Positions 23,990-36,900 of a DNA stretch of 64,000 nucleotides are shown piece by piece. A program made the translations under genes and the position numbers. Below the pieces are notes generated by a model, which searched no databases, was not told where the DNA came from, and saw nothing but the letters and a program-made list of their open reading frames with translations. The stretch is from Mizuhopecten yessoensis (lineage: Eukaryota): contig NW_018408028.1 in NCBI RefSeq assembly GCF_002113885.1, positions 556,895-620,894 of the forward strand. The letters run 5' to 3'. The number at the start of each line of letters is the position of its first letter. Position 1 is the stretch's first letter.

Positions 23990-24756
23990 CCATTGACCAT
24001 CAGGTAGCTCAGTGTTGACCATCAGGTAGCTCAGTGTTGGCTTGAGTGACAGAATCCATTGACCATCAGGTAGCTCAGTGTTGGCTCGAGGGACAGGATC
24101 CGTAGACCATCAGGTAGCTCAGTGTTGGCTCGAGGGACAGGATCCGTAGACCATCAGGTAGCTCAGTGTGGGCTCGAGTGACAGAATCCCTTGACCATCA
24201 GGTAGATCAGTGTTGGCTCGAGGGACAGAATCCATTGATCATCAGGTAGCTAAGTGTTGGCTCGAGGGACAGAATCCATTGACCATCAGGGAGCTCAGTG
24301 TTGGCTCGAGTGACAGAATCCATTGTCCATCAGGTAGCTCAGTGTTGGCTCGACTGACAGAATCCATTGACCATCAGGTAGATCAGTGTTGGCTCCGGTG
24401 ACAGAATCCATTGACCATCAGGGAGCTCAGTGTTGGCTCGAGTGACAGAATCCATTGACAATCAGGTAGCTCAGTGTTGGCTCGAGGGACAGAATCCATT
24501 GACCATCAGGTAGCTCAGTGTTGGCTCGAGTGACAGGATCCGTAGACCATCAGGTAGCTCAGTGTGGGCTCGAGTGACAGAATCCATTGACCATCAGGTA
24601 GCTCAGTGTTGGCTCGGGTGACAGGATCCGTAGACCATCAGGTAGCTCAGTGTTGGCTCGAGGGACAGAATCCATTGACCATCAGGTAGCTCAGTGTTGG
24701 CTCGAGTGACAGAATAACTATTCGAGGTCCAGGGTTTGAATCCTGGTCTAGTACCC
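23990..24756 (+). repeat. 44-bp minisatellite (about 16 copies) formed from the head of a tRNA-derived SINE, ending in the B-box
   Basis: Unit ccattgaccatcaggtagctcagtgttggctcgagtgacagaat; the last unit continues ...gaggtccagggtttgaatcctggtctag. Confidence 0.85.
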
Positions 24757-25299
24757 CCACTAGTTTTTACGCTCAAAACAATTTTGTTGATTATGTTGTA
24801 TTTATTTCGTCTGCATTATTTCTCATAAATGGCCCAAGTTATGGTTTGCTTTTCAGGAATCGTTTATCAGACCTATGAATAGTTACAGGTTTTGGCATAG
24901 GAACATGGATCCTTAATAGAGAATTTCCATAACTTGTGACAGTTGTTTATTATATTTTTTTGTCTCTCATAAGCCTCGTAACTTTTTGAAATTTGAAAAT
25001 TAAGTGGCTCATAGAAAATATTATAAACAACAGTGACTGGTTATGAAGTTAATTTAGCATGTATTGTAATATCATCTGTAACTCTCATAATAACAAATAT
25101 ATCAAAACAACCATCAACACATTACAGACATTTGTAGGAGAGACAACTCTCAATGTGTACTTGTGTTTGAAGACAACCTGAACATGTTAAGGTAGCCAAC
25201 TCTAGGTGGGTACTTTATAGGTTTGAAATTAACACTCAGTGTTAATCCAACATTTGAACGAGAGACAATCTTCAAATTAATGTCAGTCAGATATCTTTG

Positions 25300-26995
25300 G
25301 GGCTAACAACCCTCAATGTGTACTATGACTCTAAATGTGTACCTGATTTTTGTAGGGAGACAACCCTCAACATGTACCTGATTTTTGTAGGGGAGACAAC
25401 CCTCAACATGTACATGATACTTGTAGGGGAGACAACCCTCAACATATACACGATACTTGTAGGGGAGACAACCCTCAATGTGTACCTGATATTTGCCAGG
25501 GGAGACAACCCTCAATTTGTATCAGATGTTTGCCAGGGGAGACAACCCTCAATGTGTACCTGATATTTGCCAGTGGAGACAACCCTCAATTTATAGCTGA
25601 TATTTGCCAGGGAGACAAACCTCAATGCATACCCGATATTTGTATGGGAAACAACCTCGACGGGTACCTGATCTTTGTAGGGGGGACAACCATTATTATT
25701 ATTTCTCATCAATTTTACAGCGTGTCTGATTGGTTTAAACGCATCACATGAAAGGATTATAAAACATTGAGTCTCCCTCATGCGATCCATTTTCCCTGTC
25801 GAGTATCCCTCTCGGAACCCCTCACATATTATCCGACAAGTTGTCTCTCTTTGTTAGACTCTCAATCACCTGATGCATTCCGGAAGGCACCATAAACATC
25901 AACAATGGCTGTGAACGGGAGATTCCACCTCCCAACAGCTGAAGAACATGAAGGGCTATTATTGTTGTTCAATTTGATGTAACATCAAAACACTGACAGT
26001 GATAGGTATTTGTAGTATATACATGCAGCCAGACCTAACGTTACATTGCCTAATGTTGATGTATTTTTGTTATATGTACATAGGACACAGATTCCACAGA
26101 TGGAATTTCGGAATAATAAAACAGTTATTGCCCTGGTGAGAGACCTGAAGAGTTGTTCCCCCTCGATATATCATGTTTTCTGAGGGCGAATATGTACCTG
26201 ATATTTGCCAGGGAAACAACCTTCTATGTGTACCTGATATTTGCAAGGGGATACAAACCTCAATGTGTACTCCATATTGGTAGAGGAGACAACCCTCAAT
26301 TTATAGCTGATATTTGCTAGGGGAGACAACCCTCAATGTGTACCTGATATTTGCCAGGGAGATAACCCTCAATGCATACCCGATATTTGTATGGGAGACA
26401 AACTCGGTGTGTACCTGATCCTTGTAGGGGAGACAACCATTAATATGTACCTGATATTTGCCTGGGAGCCAACCCTCAATGTGTACCTGATATTTGTATG
26501 GGAGACAAACTTGATGTGTACCTGATCCTTGTAGCGGAGCCAACCATTAATATGTACCTGATATGTGTCTGGGAGCCAACCCTCAATGTGTACCCGATAT
26601 TTGTATGGGAGACAAACTCGGTGTGTACCTGATCCTTGTAGGGGAGACAACCATTAATATGTACCTGATATGTGCCTGGGAGCCAACCCTCAATGTGTAC
26701 CCGATATTTGTATGGGAGACAACCTCGATGTGTACCTGATCCTTGTAGGGGAGACAACCATTAATATGTACCTGCTATTTGCCTGGGAGCCAACCCTCAA
26801 TGTGTACCCGATATTTGCCTGGGAGCCAACCCTTAATGTCCAACCGATATTTGCCTGGGAGCCAACCCTCAATGTGTACCTGATGCTTGTAGGGGAGACA
26901 ACCCTCAATGTGTACCCAATATTTGCATTACTAATGGAACATTCTTGATACATAGTATTTATAGGGGAGAAGATAACCCTGATATTTGTAAGGGA
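25300..26995. repeat. ~35-bp minisatellite (ggagacaaccctcaatgtgtacctgatatttgtag) split by a ~500-bp insertion at about 25692-26190
   Basis: The same unit occurs on both sides of an unrelated block. Confidence 0.88.
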
Positions 26996-29863
26996 GACAG
27001 CCCTAAATGTGAATGTGATATTTGTTAAAGGATGGAAGACAACAGTTAATATCATTATATGTAGCTGATACTTGTCAACCTAAACTTGCACTGGATGTTT
27101 GTTATTGATAAAATCCTTGATGACAGAACAGAAAACACAACATGTAAATATCTTAACCATGACAAGATTTTATTGCATATCAGAACAACAACTTTTGGCA
27201 TTAATGATGAAACACCTGATTTCCAATAATTTACCATTAAACGATGAAAACATGAAATAAATACCATGTAAAATATCTGTTATATTAATAATCTCTTCGT
27301 GCACACTTCCGCGACGAACCATGGACAGGGTTCAACTACATATCAACTAATAAAAAGTATGCAATTAAATTGTTATCTAAAACATTAAATATTGCTACAA
27401 TGTATAATTGCATGGCTTAATCATCATCAACTACCTATAAACATTGTGACAACTTGTACAAATTAACCATGACACCATCTTAATGATTGTACTACAGTTT
27501 TCTTCTCATCTTCAAATCGTCACACAGGACCTGAACATTGTGCAAAAGGGAATAAACCCACTCCTCGTCACTGACAGGTGGTGGGCGACTAAATCTCTAT
27601 AACAACCCATCAACTACCATCTTATAAACATATGAAGCATTCTTTAAGAAGATAGACATTATACATACTATGTATATGCTACTGAAGTACAGTGTACTAA
27701 GGAATTCCACAAAGAATTCTATTCTATGTTTTGAGATATTATAAATCTTTCCGATATCTCACCAATGATGATTTGTTTGAGGTAAAGATAGTATTCTGAA
27801 CACTTCACACCATATGACCCTAATAGTTCTTATTTTTATAAGAATATTGTGTCACGGTAAAATATAAATACACTCATAAACGTGGGGAAATATTATCTTA
27901 ATGCAAATAATTTGCATTTGTTATCACATTTTGTTGACGGAGTTACAGAAAACAAGTTACATGTTTAAGATCAGAGGACAATCATAGCATTAGAATAAGT
28001 ACTACTGCAATCATGACAACGACACAATTACCATGGCAACAGTATATTACTTGACATGTTTCCATGACAACACTTACTGGTCTCAACATAGTGAACTTGT
28101 TTCTGTGACATACTCTATCATTACATCAAAGTTTACAAACAAAACCTCTCCCGATTGGATAGCAACAATTAACACAGTCATTACAAAGTTTCACGTGTCT
28201 CCATTACCTTATCAAAGCTGGAATTGAGTTTTCTATATCACAACTTGAGATCTCTGAGATTTGTGATTGGATGGTTGTAAAAGCTGATATCCAATGGGGA
28301 GATTTTCCGTTCACATCGTAAGTATGGATAAACACATCCATTAGTCTAAGTGTTAAATTAATCACCTGTTAATCTAAACAACAGCAAAGATGTTTATAAA
28401 ACTGTTCTCACCCATACAGTAATGTCAAGAGATTTAACTTTTTTCATAATCATTTAATATCCAAACTGAATTTCCTCATGCAAAAATATTTTAACCTTCT
28501 CTGTACATACAGATTGTCAAATAGAATATATATTGTAATGCTTATAGGTCACAAGACGCCGTTCAAAAATATGTCATCAGTGATTTAAAGCTCGAACTAC
28601 AAAACTAATGCTGTTACAGGTCCAACTAATATTCAGGGGAGATAACTGCATAAACAGGGGAGATAATATCACTACTTGAGAGTTAGTAATGATAGCCATT
28701 ATGTATGTTAACTAATTACCATCATGATTAACCTTTCTATCTCCAGGGTAAACATTAGACTTGAGATCCTTTCACCCCTAGAAATATAAAAGAACCCTAT
28801 TTAACACCTAGTAATCCAGTTTTATATCAGCACTTATAAGTTTTGGGTTTCCGATCAGTTGCATCTCTATATCTACAATGTAACACTACTTTTGAAGAAG
28901 ACGTTTTATGACAAATCAGTGTTTTGGATGGGTTTTGAAAGTGGGAGGGGTGAGAGGATCCGGAGGCAAAGTATATTTTGCATAACACTTTTCTATTGAA
29001 AGACAATGGGTTAGACCTTCTCCTGTTTATCATAAAAAGTCCTTATCTTACATAAAAATTCATCGATTCCTGTTTCACAGAACTCTTGAAAAAAGGTCAC
29101 AGAACTAACTTTCCAATGAATTCCTACAAATTTCCTTTCAAAGACCAGTTATATCATCTTAACTGATCAGATTTTAAAATTGAGTCATTTCTTTCAAGGT
29201 TTGAGTATTTAACACAAAAATTCCAATTGTTTTACAAAAAATTACAATGAGAAAGGCCTTTATATCTACAACACATGTTCTAATAAACCAACTAGGCATG
29301 GGTCTTTATATGGTACTGACAACCAGCATATAGATCTTATATTCATTAACGAATAACTAACTCGGACGAGATTGTCTCGGCACCTTATTATCTAGTTGTC
29401 ATTTTAGTCAAACATTTATACGGCTATTGTTTTGTGCCGTAAATGTTGATTAAATCCTTCAGGCCAAACAATTACCAAGACATATAGAGTAAGTGAACGT
29501 GGACAGGATCACTGTATATACCATCTATATCTACCAAACTGACTACAACAGTACAGTTTCCACCAATAGAAGTATCAACAATTTAATAAAAACACAATTC
29601 ACAAATCTCAGTACATTATATAAAAAATTTGATTTCAGGATATGATAGACAATATTGGATAGCATTATCTGAAATGCAAGTTAAAATTAACTCTGACTTC
29701 TAAAACATTAATTCGTTAACTAAGTGTAATTTAAAATCAACTCTGACTTTCTCAGAAGTGAATTATTTACTAAGATAAAAAAAAAAAATGAGCTTGGTAG
29801 GGGAAAGTTGACATCTTCGGCAGTAGCAATGTAATGTAGTAGGACGAGGAATAGTGATAGATA

Positions 29864-29933
29864 TGGTGTCGTCGCTGGGGCTCGACCCCACGACCCTTGG
29901 CTCTCCAGCCCGATGCTCTACCGCTGAGCTACC
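29864..29933 (-). mobile_element. tRNA-derived SINE head or tRNA pseudogene
   Basis: ggtagctcagcggtagagcatcgggctggagagccaagggtcgtggggtcgagcccc has A- and B-box-like motifs but no pairing acceptor stem. Confidence 0.65.
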
Positions 29934-30869
29934 TAATCTAAACACATATTTTACACTAATTTAATTGTCTAAAACCTGTTAACCAAAAACTTGTCGCAGA
30001 CACCTGAGAGACGATATCCTCATCTACCGCTTCTACAGTTAAGATCAAATCTATAAAGTTGATTTATCATATTTTTCTATATTAACGTCAATCAAGGACT
30101 TTCGTAAGATGAATATGAGAAGGGTTCATCTAGAACCTAATATCGCATAAAATGGCCACTGTTTACTAAGCCTGGCCGCCAGCTACAGCTACTATGAGAC
30201 ATGGATGAAAATATCAATCAAACGCATCATAAAATTTTGTAGTACATCATGTACATTTCAAAACTGATGCATATTAAATCAAGATAATGCACAATCTCAT
30301 ATTACTGCCAGCGTTTGGCAATTGTCATATTTATTATCCAATCAGAAGTCATTACTCTATGATATACAGATTGTTGATTTTAAAACATCTTGATATTATT
30401 TATTGGAGTTTTAGAATGACACAAGTTAGTACATCAATACAAAATTCTTGATATAAAAGAAACACTTGAAGTGAAAAGAAAAAAACTGAATTAAAGAAAA
30501 TCTTTTCAAATTTACAGATAAAATCATTAACAAAAATGAAAATTCAAAAACATAAACGAAAATGAGATGTAAATTGGAGAAATATTGCACAACTAAATTG
30601 AGGCCTACAGTCGGCCTAGAACTAAAAATAAAAATCACACACTACATTTACGAAACACAGGATTTTTTTTCTGTCGTAGTTGATAGGATGAATTGGTCAT
30701 GTTTCCTTAAAACCAAACTTATCATTTACACTTCCATTAAAGACGTGATTCTTTAAAAACTAGGATCCCTGCCCCAACGTAATTCATACATACTGTAATA
30801 TCCTATTAATTTTGCTTTGATTATACCTATATATAGTTAGTCTGGTCTACGAAAGTTCTGCTTTTCACA

Positions 30870-30935
30870 TAACTCAGTTGATTGGAGAGACTGTATTTTG
30901 ATCTGAGGTCATGGGTTTGAATTAGGGTCTGACCT
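30870..30935 (+). mobile_element. Highly degenerate tRNA-SINE head
   Basis: taactcagttg...gaggtcatgggtttgaattagggtctgacc resembles the SINE head at 24690-24750. Confidence 0.4.
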
Positions 30936-33138
30936 CTGATAACTTTATTCTAAGAACACTTGATTTTTTTGTTTGTTATTTCCTCTGTATCATTTTTTAT
31001 ACAATCCTTTCTGCTTGATAAGCTTTTGTCATGTGGTAAAATAACTGGATTTACAGTTACAATTTTTGGCAGTGGTACAGGACTCCTTAAAACATGTGAC
31101 ACTATACCATGTATGGGACTTAAATCACAAACTTATTTAAAATAAAATATTTTAACATTTTAATTCTAATATTCCTTTTTCTCCCTGGTGATATTGACGC
31201 CTGGTACATCAGGGCTGGTCAAAACAGTGGAATACTTTGTGATGTCATGAACTTACAAATAAAGTGCAAACATTTGAAGAAACCTTGGTATATCGAATAC
31301 AAATGTAAATTTACGAATCAATTATAGAACCTGCCCCCCACCCCCGACGGTACATACAATGATTAACTGTGCTATTCTGTACTACATCCTGTTAGTCTAC
31401 CTTATACAATTCTGTGTATTAACTTCCTCTGGTGGAATGGAGACAAAATAAAATAAAACCCACAAGGAATGCTAAAAGTGTTGGGCAAAAGATCTGATTA
31501 TCAAGTTCTCCAGCAAATAAAATGCCTCGTAAGTTCATAACTCTGATGAACAATGCCACTCGTCAAGTGTCGGGCTGTTGTTTAATTCCAAGAGTTATCT
31601 CCACTTGCAACTATAAATTGTTTCGACGTTTGTGAGGTAATATGATCAACTACTTCAGCTCAAGTATGAACATAAAAGGAAGAATTTATACTCTTTTGGT
31701 GCAGTAATTAATGTTACGTAATGGTGCAGTAATTAATGTTACGTAATTGTGTTCAACTGCTTTACGAATTTGCTTACACCTCATCTCAAATTTTAGACGC
31801 TTTAGAGTATTACCGTCATAAAAAACATATCTTCATGCAATTACATTATCTTGTCATATGGATTGGGGAGATAACTCTAAATGTATAAAAAGTTCTGACA
31901 AAAAACGGGGAATACTCACATAATTATATTCCAAAAACATTGGAGGGGGTCAACTGCGTTAGCCGTTTACACTGTCAATATATACATATAATTAATTGCT
32001 GAAGCCCGTGGCAGATGGTCGACACCATCCTTTGTCAATATTATATATTGCATGTGTTTCATATCCAAAAACAGTATCATAAATATAGGAATATTTTCAC
32101 AAAACAAAAAGAGAGACACAATTGTGTCACATCGTCAGGTGGGGCACAGCACAACATCATACTGGTAATGACCAAATATGGTCATACTGGTAATGACCAA
32201 ATATGGTCATTGACTTAATGAAGGCCTTATATGGATACAAGACTATGGTTTCTTTGCCTTTGGTGATAATCAGCGTTCAGATTGCAATAGTACAAAGAGT
32301 TAGCTGTGTTGTTAGTTGTAAGAACATTTTCAAAACTTCATCAAGATTAAAAAGTCTTAAAACAAGATACAATTTGTGACTTAATGATAAGTATGTAATA
32401 TCATTTCAATTTCTAAATGAAAAAATAAGATAATACAGATGACAATAAAACCTAGCACCAAAACAAAATGTTGAGAAGTAGTTAGAACCAACGAAATCAT
32501 AGCAAGAATCTACTAACTCAGAAATTCTGAAAACAAAGATTCAGATAGGCAATATTTTAATTCTGAAGCTGTCAGAAATACTGTTTCAAAATTTTTCATT
32601 AAAAATGTTGTGTTAATTTACTATTAAAAACAAAAAATTGCGTAAAATCAGAATCAACCAATGGAATTGCGTAATCAGTTCTATATTGACCAATGGCAGA
32701 CACTTTTATAAAGATTTAGAATGTCAAAGATTTTTTTTAAACAAAGCGGCACCAAAGAGTTCCGATTTGTTTTGTCAAAATAACATAAAAAGATACAACA
32801 AATATATCAAAATAATTTCACAAAATAATCAATAACAGAGAAAAAGATGCAGAAAAAGTCATTGTCATTTGTTTTACGCACATAGATTATATAGCGAACA
32901 GTATAACACATATAAATCATACAGTTATAACACAGAGGGTAAGACAACATGTGCAGAATCAAACAGCAGTGAAATTGCATAGTCAGTATACAATTGTAGT
33001 CCTTATCATACTACACTCGTTAGCACTATACTGTGGTACATTTAGCCACTTTATCTAGCCACACTTAAAATCCATTTAATAATTCACTAAAACAACCTGT
33101 GTACTTCACAATGCTGTCAAGTTAAAAATTGAATCAGT

Positions 33139-33566
33139 TACTGTGACGATTCTAAAAATAGCTTGATTTTCATTTGAACACAAAATTGGGAGGGGAGAGA
33201 GAAGGGCATTAATATGATAAATGTTTTAGTACTGGTACCAAGGTGCGCCAGTCCAGCCTACAGATCACAAGGAATTGGTTAAACTTTAAAGAGACTTTTC
33301 ACTGGTCCCAGCTTGTCATGCGACATTAAGTTAGATGGTACCTTATTGTGATACACCATACACTATACAGTAAAACCTCCATTACCACCTCCCTTATCTC
33401 CAACAGTTCACAAGGTTCCCTGCACCTTATTTTCTTAACGATTTCTTTGTGCACCTTATCGCCAAAATCACTTTATAGTTTCAAAAGATTTCTATCATAT
33501 CATGTTTCTGAAATTTGAGGTAGGTCAATGTAAATGACTGGGGCAATCGTTAGAATCATCACAGTA
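33139..33566. mobile_element. TA-flanked MITE
   Basis: tactgtgacgattctaa / ttagaatcatcacagta terminal inverted repeats. Confidence 0.65.
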
Positions 33567-33621
33567 TCTGTCTTATAATTTGTTGTAATCATTCTGTATG
33601 TGTTACTAGGACATGTTTAGC

Positions 33622-33711
33622 TTAACCCTTTCACCCTGTGTGACTTTAATAAACTCTTCCATGCATTGATCTGAAGAAGTCCATTATGGTCTATAGTGGT
33701 GAAAGGGTTAA
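33622..33711. mobile_element. TTAA-flanked hairpin MITE, family 2 (piggyBac-like CCCT...AGGG ends)
   Basis: ttaaccctttcacc...ggtgaaagggttaa; related to 47500-47584 and 53275-53364. Confidence 0.78.
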
Positions 33712-34584
33712 CCTCAATATAACAATACTATAAATATACAAAGCTGAAACATTGTTTTGAATTTCACATTTTTAAACATGGTATATATATATTTTTTCAT
33801 GTACAAATCTGCTACTGAAAGAAATATTTGCAGAAAAACATTCCACGTCTGTTGAACACTACTTTCGTCTGGCAGTGGCGGTGCATTGTGACAATACGTG
33901 GGGAACTCATTGTGGTAGCTATGAGGTAAATCTGTATTTATAAGTGTATACTTTGGGCTGATTCTTACATAAAATGACATCAACTGAATAATGTGAATTT
34001 TAACAGAACAAAAATTCCTGGTCATTAACAACATATGTGTATGAACATTTGAACTCTTAACAATACCAAACACTGCATATAGCAGCAATCTGTTTGAAAC
34101 ATGTACTGTTGTTTTAACGATAAGGGGAAGAAAGAGAGGCGTATTGTGACTAGGAAGCTGAATTACTGTAAAGGGACGATGATATCAATGTCTGTAGAAC
34201 AAACATCGACTCCGCTGTAATTCTTGGATAATGACAATGAGGTATAGAGGTCGCCGCTATGTACAGTTCTGTTAATAATGCTCATCGCAAAAAAGTATCT
34301 TATTCATAAATTATTTCAAAGACTGAATCAGCTACTAATGTACACATTATTCATCAATGACATTCTTCCATGCCTTCATAAAAACATTTCAAACATTTTA
34401 CGATGATGTCATTAATTTTTACACCTGAGATTAAACAATATAATGCATATTCATTTTATTAAATTTGAAAAAAGGGTCAATTTGACCTCCATGAAAAGGT
34501 TAGAGGTCATCCATATATAGAAACAACCCAAAAGTACCACAAGGTAAAAGCTGTATCTGTCTCTGTTGGTATGGCTTTTTAGTG

Positions 34585-34675
34585 TTAACTCAATCACCCC
34601 TAAAAAATTATAATGAACTATTCAAACTTTTGAATTGGAAGAGTTAAAATGCGTCTTCAGGGGTGAATGAGTTAA
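34585..34675. mobile_element. TTAA-flanked hairpin MITE, family 1
   Basis: ttaactcaatcacccct...aggggtgaatgagttaa. Confidence 0.8.
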
Positions 34676-36900
34676 ATAACACACAACCAGTTATCATAAA
34701 CAAGCAATTCTCTACAATGTATGATATTGTTATTTAACTAGAATGATTTCTACTTCATTAAAAATGGTTCAAAACTTTCATACAGATGATTCTATCTTAA
34801 TGGCTTGACCAATAAATGAAACGATATCAATAACAGTATATCATATTGTGCATGCAGAATAATGATTTTTCATCTAAAAGTATGGAATATGGACAGTTTT
34901 TATTTATTTATGAGTCTTAACCAATTACATTCCAAATGTCATCTCTTGTTTTTCCAACTTCCTTAATTAGCTTGTTTTGAATTTCCATTGATGGATCATA
35001 ACAGTTCCTTGAAATAGGAGAAATCATAACAATAGTGTACACTGGAGAGAATTGGAAAGTTTTCCTCTAGTCAAAACCAGACAAATCCTACAAGCAATAG
35101 AACATTTAGGTAATTACCATGTCAAGATACAAAACGACAAAAAAATCTTAACAAATCAAGCTACTAAAAACGTAAGTGCAGGTCAAATAAAATGAGAAGA
35201 AATGTTGTATATAAAATAATTCTGTTCAATAAACGATCATTTGGGAATGCTGTTTGTTAACATAGCTTATATAGTTTCCATGGAAAGATTAATTCCCCTT
35301 AGGCAAATTGGTGGTTACCAGATTACCTCCCTTTGGAAAAAAATCCCCACCAGTTACCTTTGCAAGTTCACATTTAGCAAATGTCACATAATATAGGAAA
35401 TAATAACTGATAAAGGTTAAATAATAGAACTTAATACATAAACTTGCTTTAAGAATGTGATTTACCAATGAAACATTAAAATGTTGATTTTTCACAAAAA
35501 ATGTTGTGTACCTTAATGTAACCTTAGAAACACTAAGTGATACCATATCATAATTTATATGTGTTTACTGAATACACAATTTCAAAAGTCCATCAACCTT
35601 TATTCTAGAAAAGGATTTTATAAGTTGTGAAAACTTCAAAAGTTCGTAAATTCTTTTGTAAATATTTTATTGCAATTAAATGTTTTAAATATATTTTACA
35701 TGAAGGGGAGGTAATCTGATATTTTATTTACACTTTATGAGTTGTTAACACTTGGTAACGTGCCTAATGCTGGATTTGCTGAATGAACACTATCAGAGAT
35801 CATAACTTAATCTACGAATGTTCAATAGCATGATATTCATCTACACAAGAAAATATTTAAAAAAAAATAGCTATCATCATATTCATATCTTCAGAGCTTT
35901 ATGCTGTTTTTTCTTCATTATTGTTAATTTTTAGTCAACAAAGGATAAACATATTGAAGGAAAAAGAGAAAAACCAAGGAAAATGATTGTAATAATCAAT
36001 AGTTCAAATCAGTAATCAGTAATGTTACAAAATATTTCACAAAATGTACGGAAATTGAGTAGAATTATATTTATTGGCCTGTTTAAAAGTAACTAATACC
36101 ATTTATTCTATGAGAGCTATTTGATAACTACATATGATACAACCCATACTCTAAAGTAATGTATAAGTCGATTCAATGAACAAGAAGTGAACATTTGATT
36201 GGCATATTAAGGTAGTGTTAAACTTGATAAGAAAACTGTCCTCGTACTTTCCCAGTAAGTTGCGTAATGCTGATCAGAATGCGACAGCCCCAGTTAGTTT
36301 ACATAATGCTTATCAGAAAAGGACTTGCTGTCAATCTTGTGATATCTTGCATCATATTGCCATTTCAGATTCAGAAAATATAAATACAAAAATATTATCA
36401 CAGTACAAACACTTTCCAAATGTTGAATTTGTTAATGTAACAGACAAATAAACATAAAAAACAATTAAAAAGGGAGAGAACTCTCCCCCTTTGGTCAAAT
36501 CATGAGACAAAACAACATGAAATCCATTATATACATGAATAGTCTCAGTTAAAAACAAACCAAATTATATAAGCTCTGTTCACCACCACTGTTTTCAAAT
36601 CTTACACAGTTATTAAGTTAAAAAATCAAACCTATAAACTTTATCAGGAACTTTACATTAAATCTTAAGATGAAAAACAACCTTAACACTTAAGGAAGGC
36701 TGATTTTAGATTTCAAAATAAATTTTTTCATTCTGAAGAAGATGTGAAGTCAAACAGCACTAATATAAAATGGTCTGCGAAAGCTGAGGTCAGCACATTA
36801 TACAAGCCAACAGAAAACAACCGAGCAAGCTGGATTTGTCTGGCCAATCAAAACTGGGGTCAGAGGTCATTACATTCAATAACAAGGTCAATAACATAAG

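Noticed and set aside
29864-29933. Functional tRNA gene
   Set aside because: No acceptor stem pairing and an imperfect T-loop; better explained as a SINE head or pseudogene.
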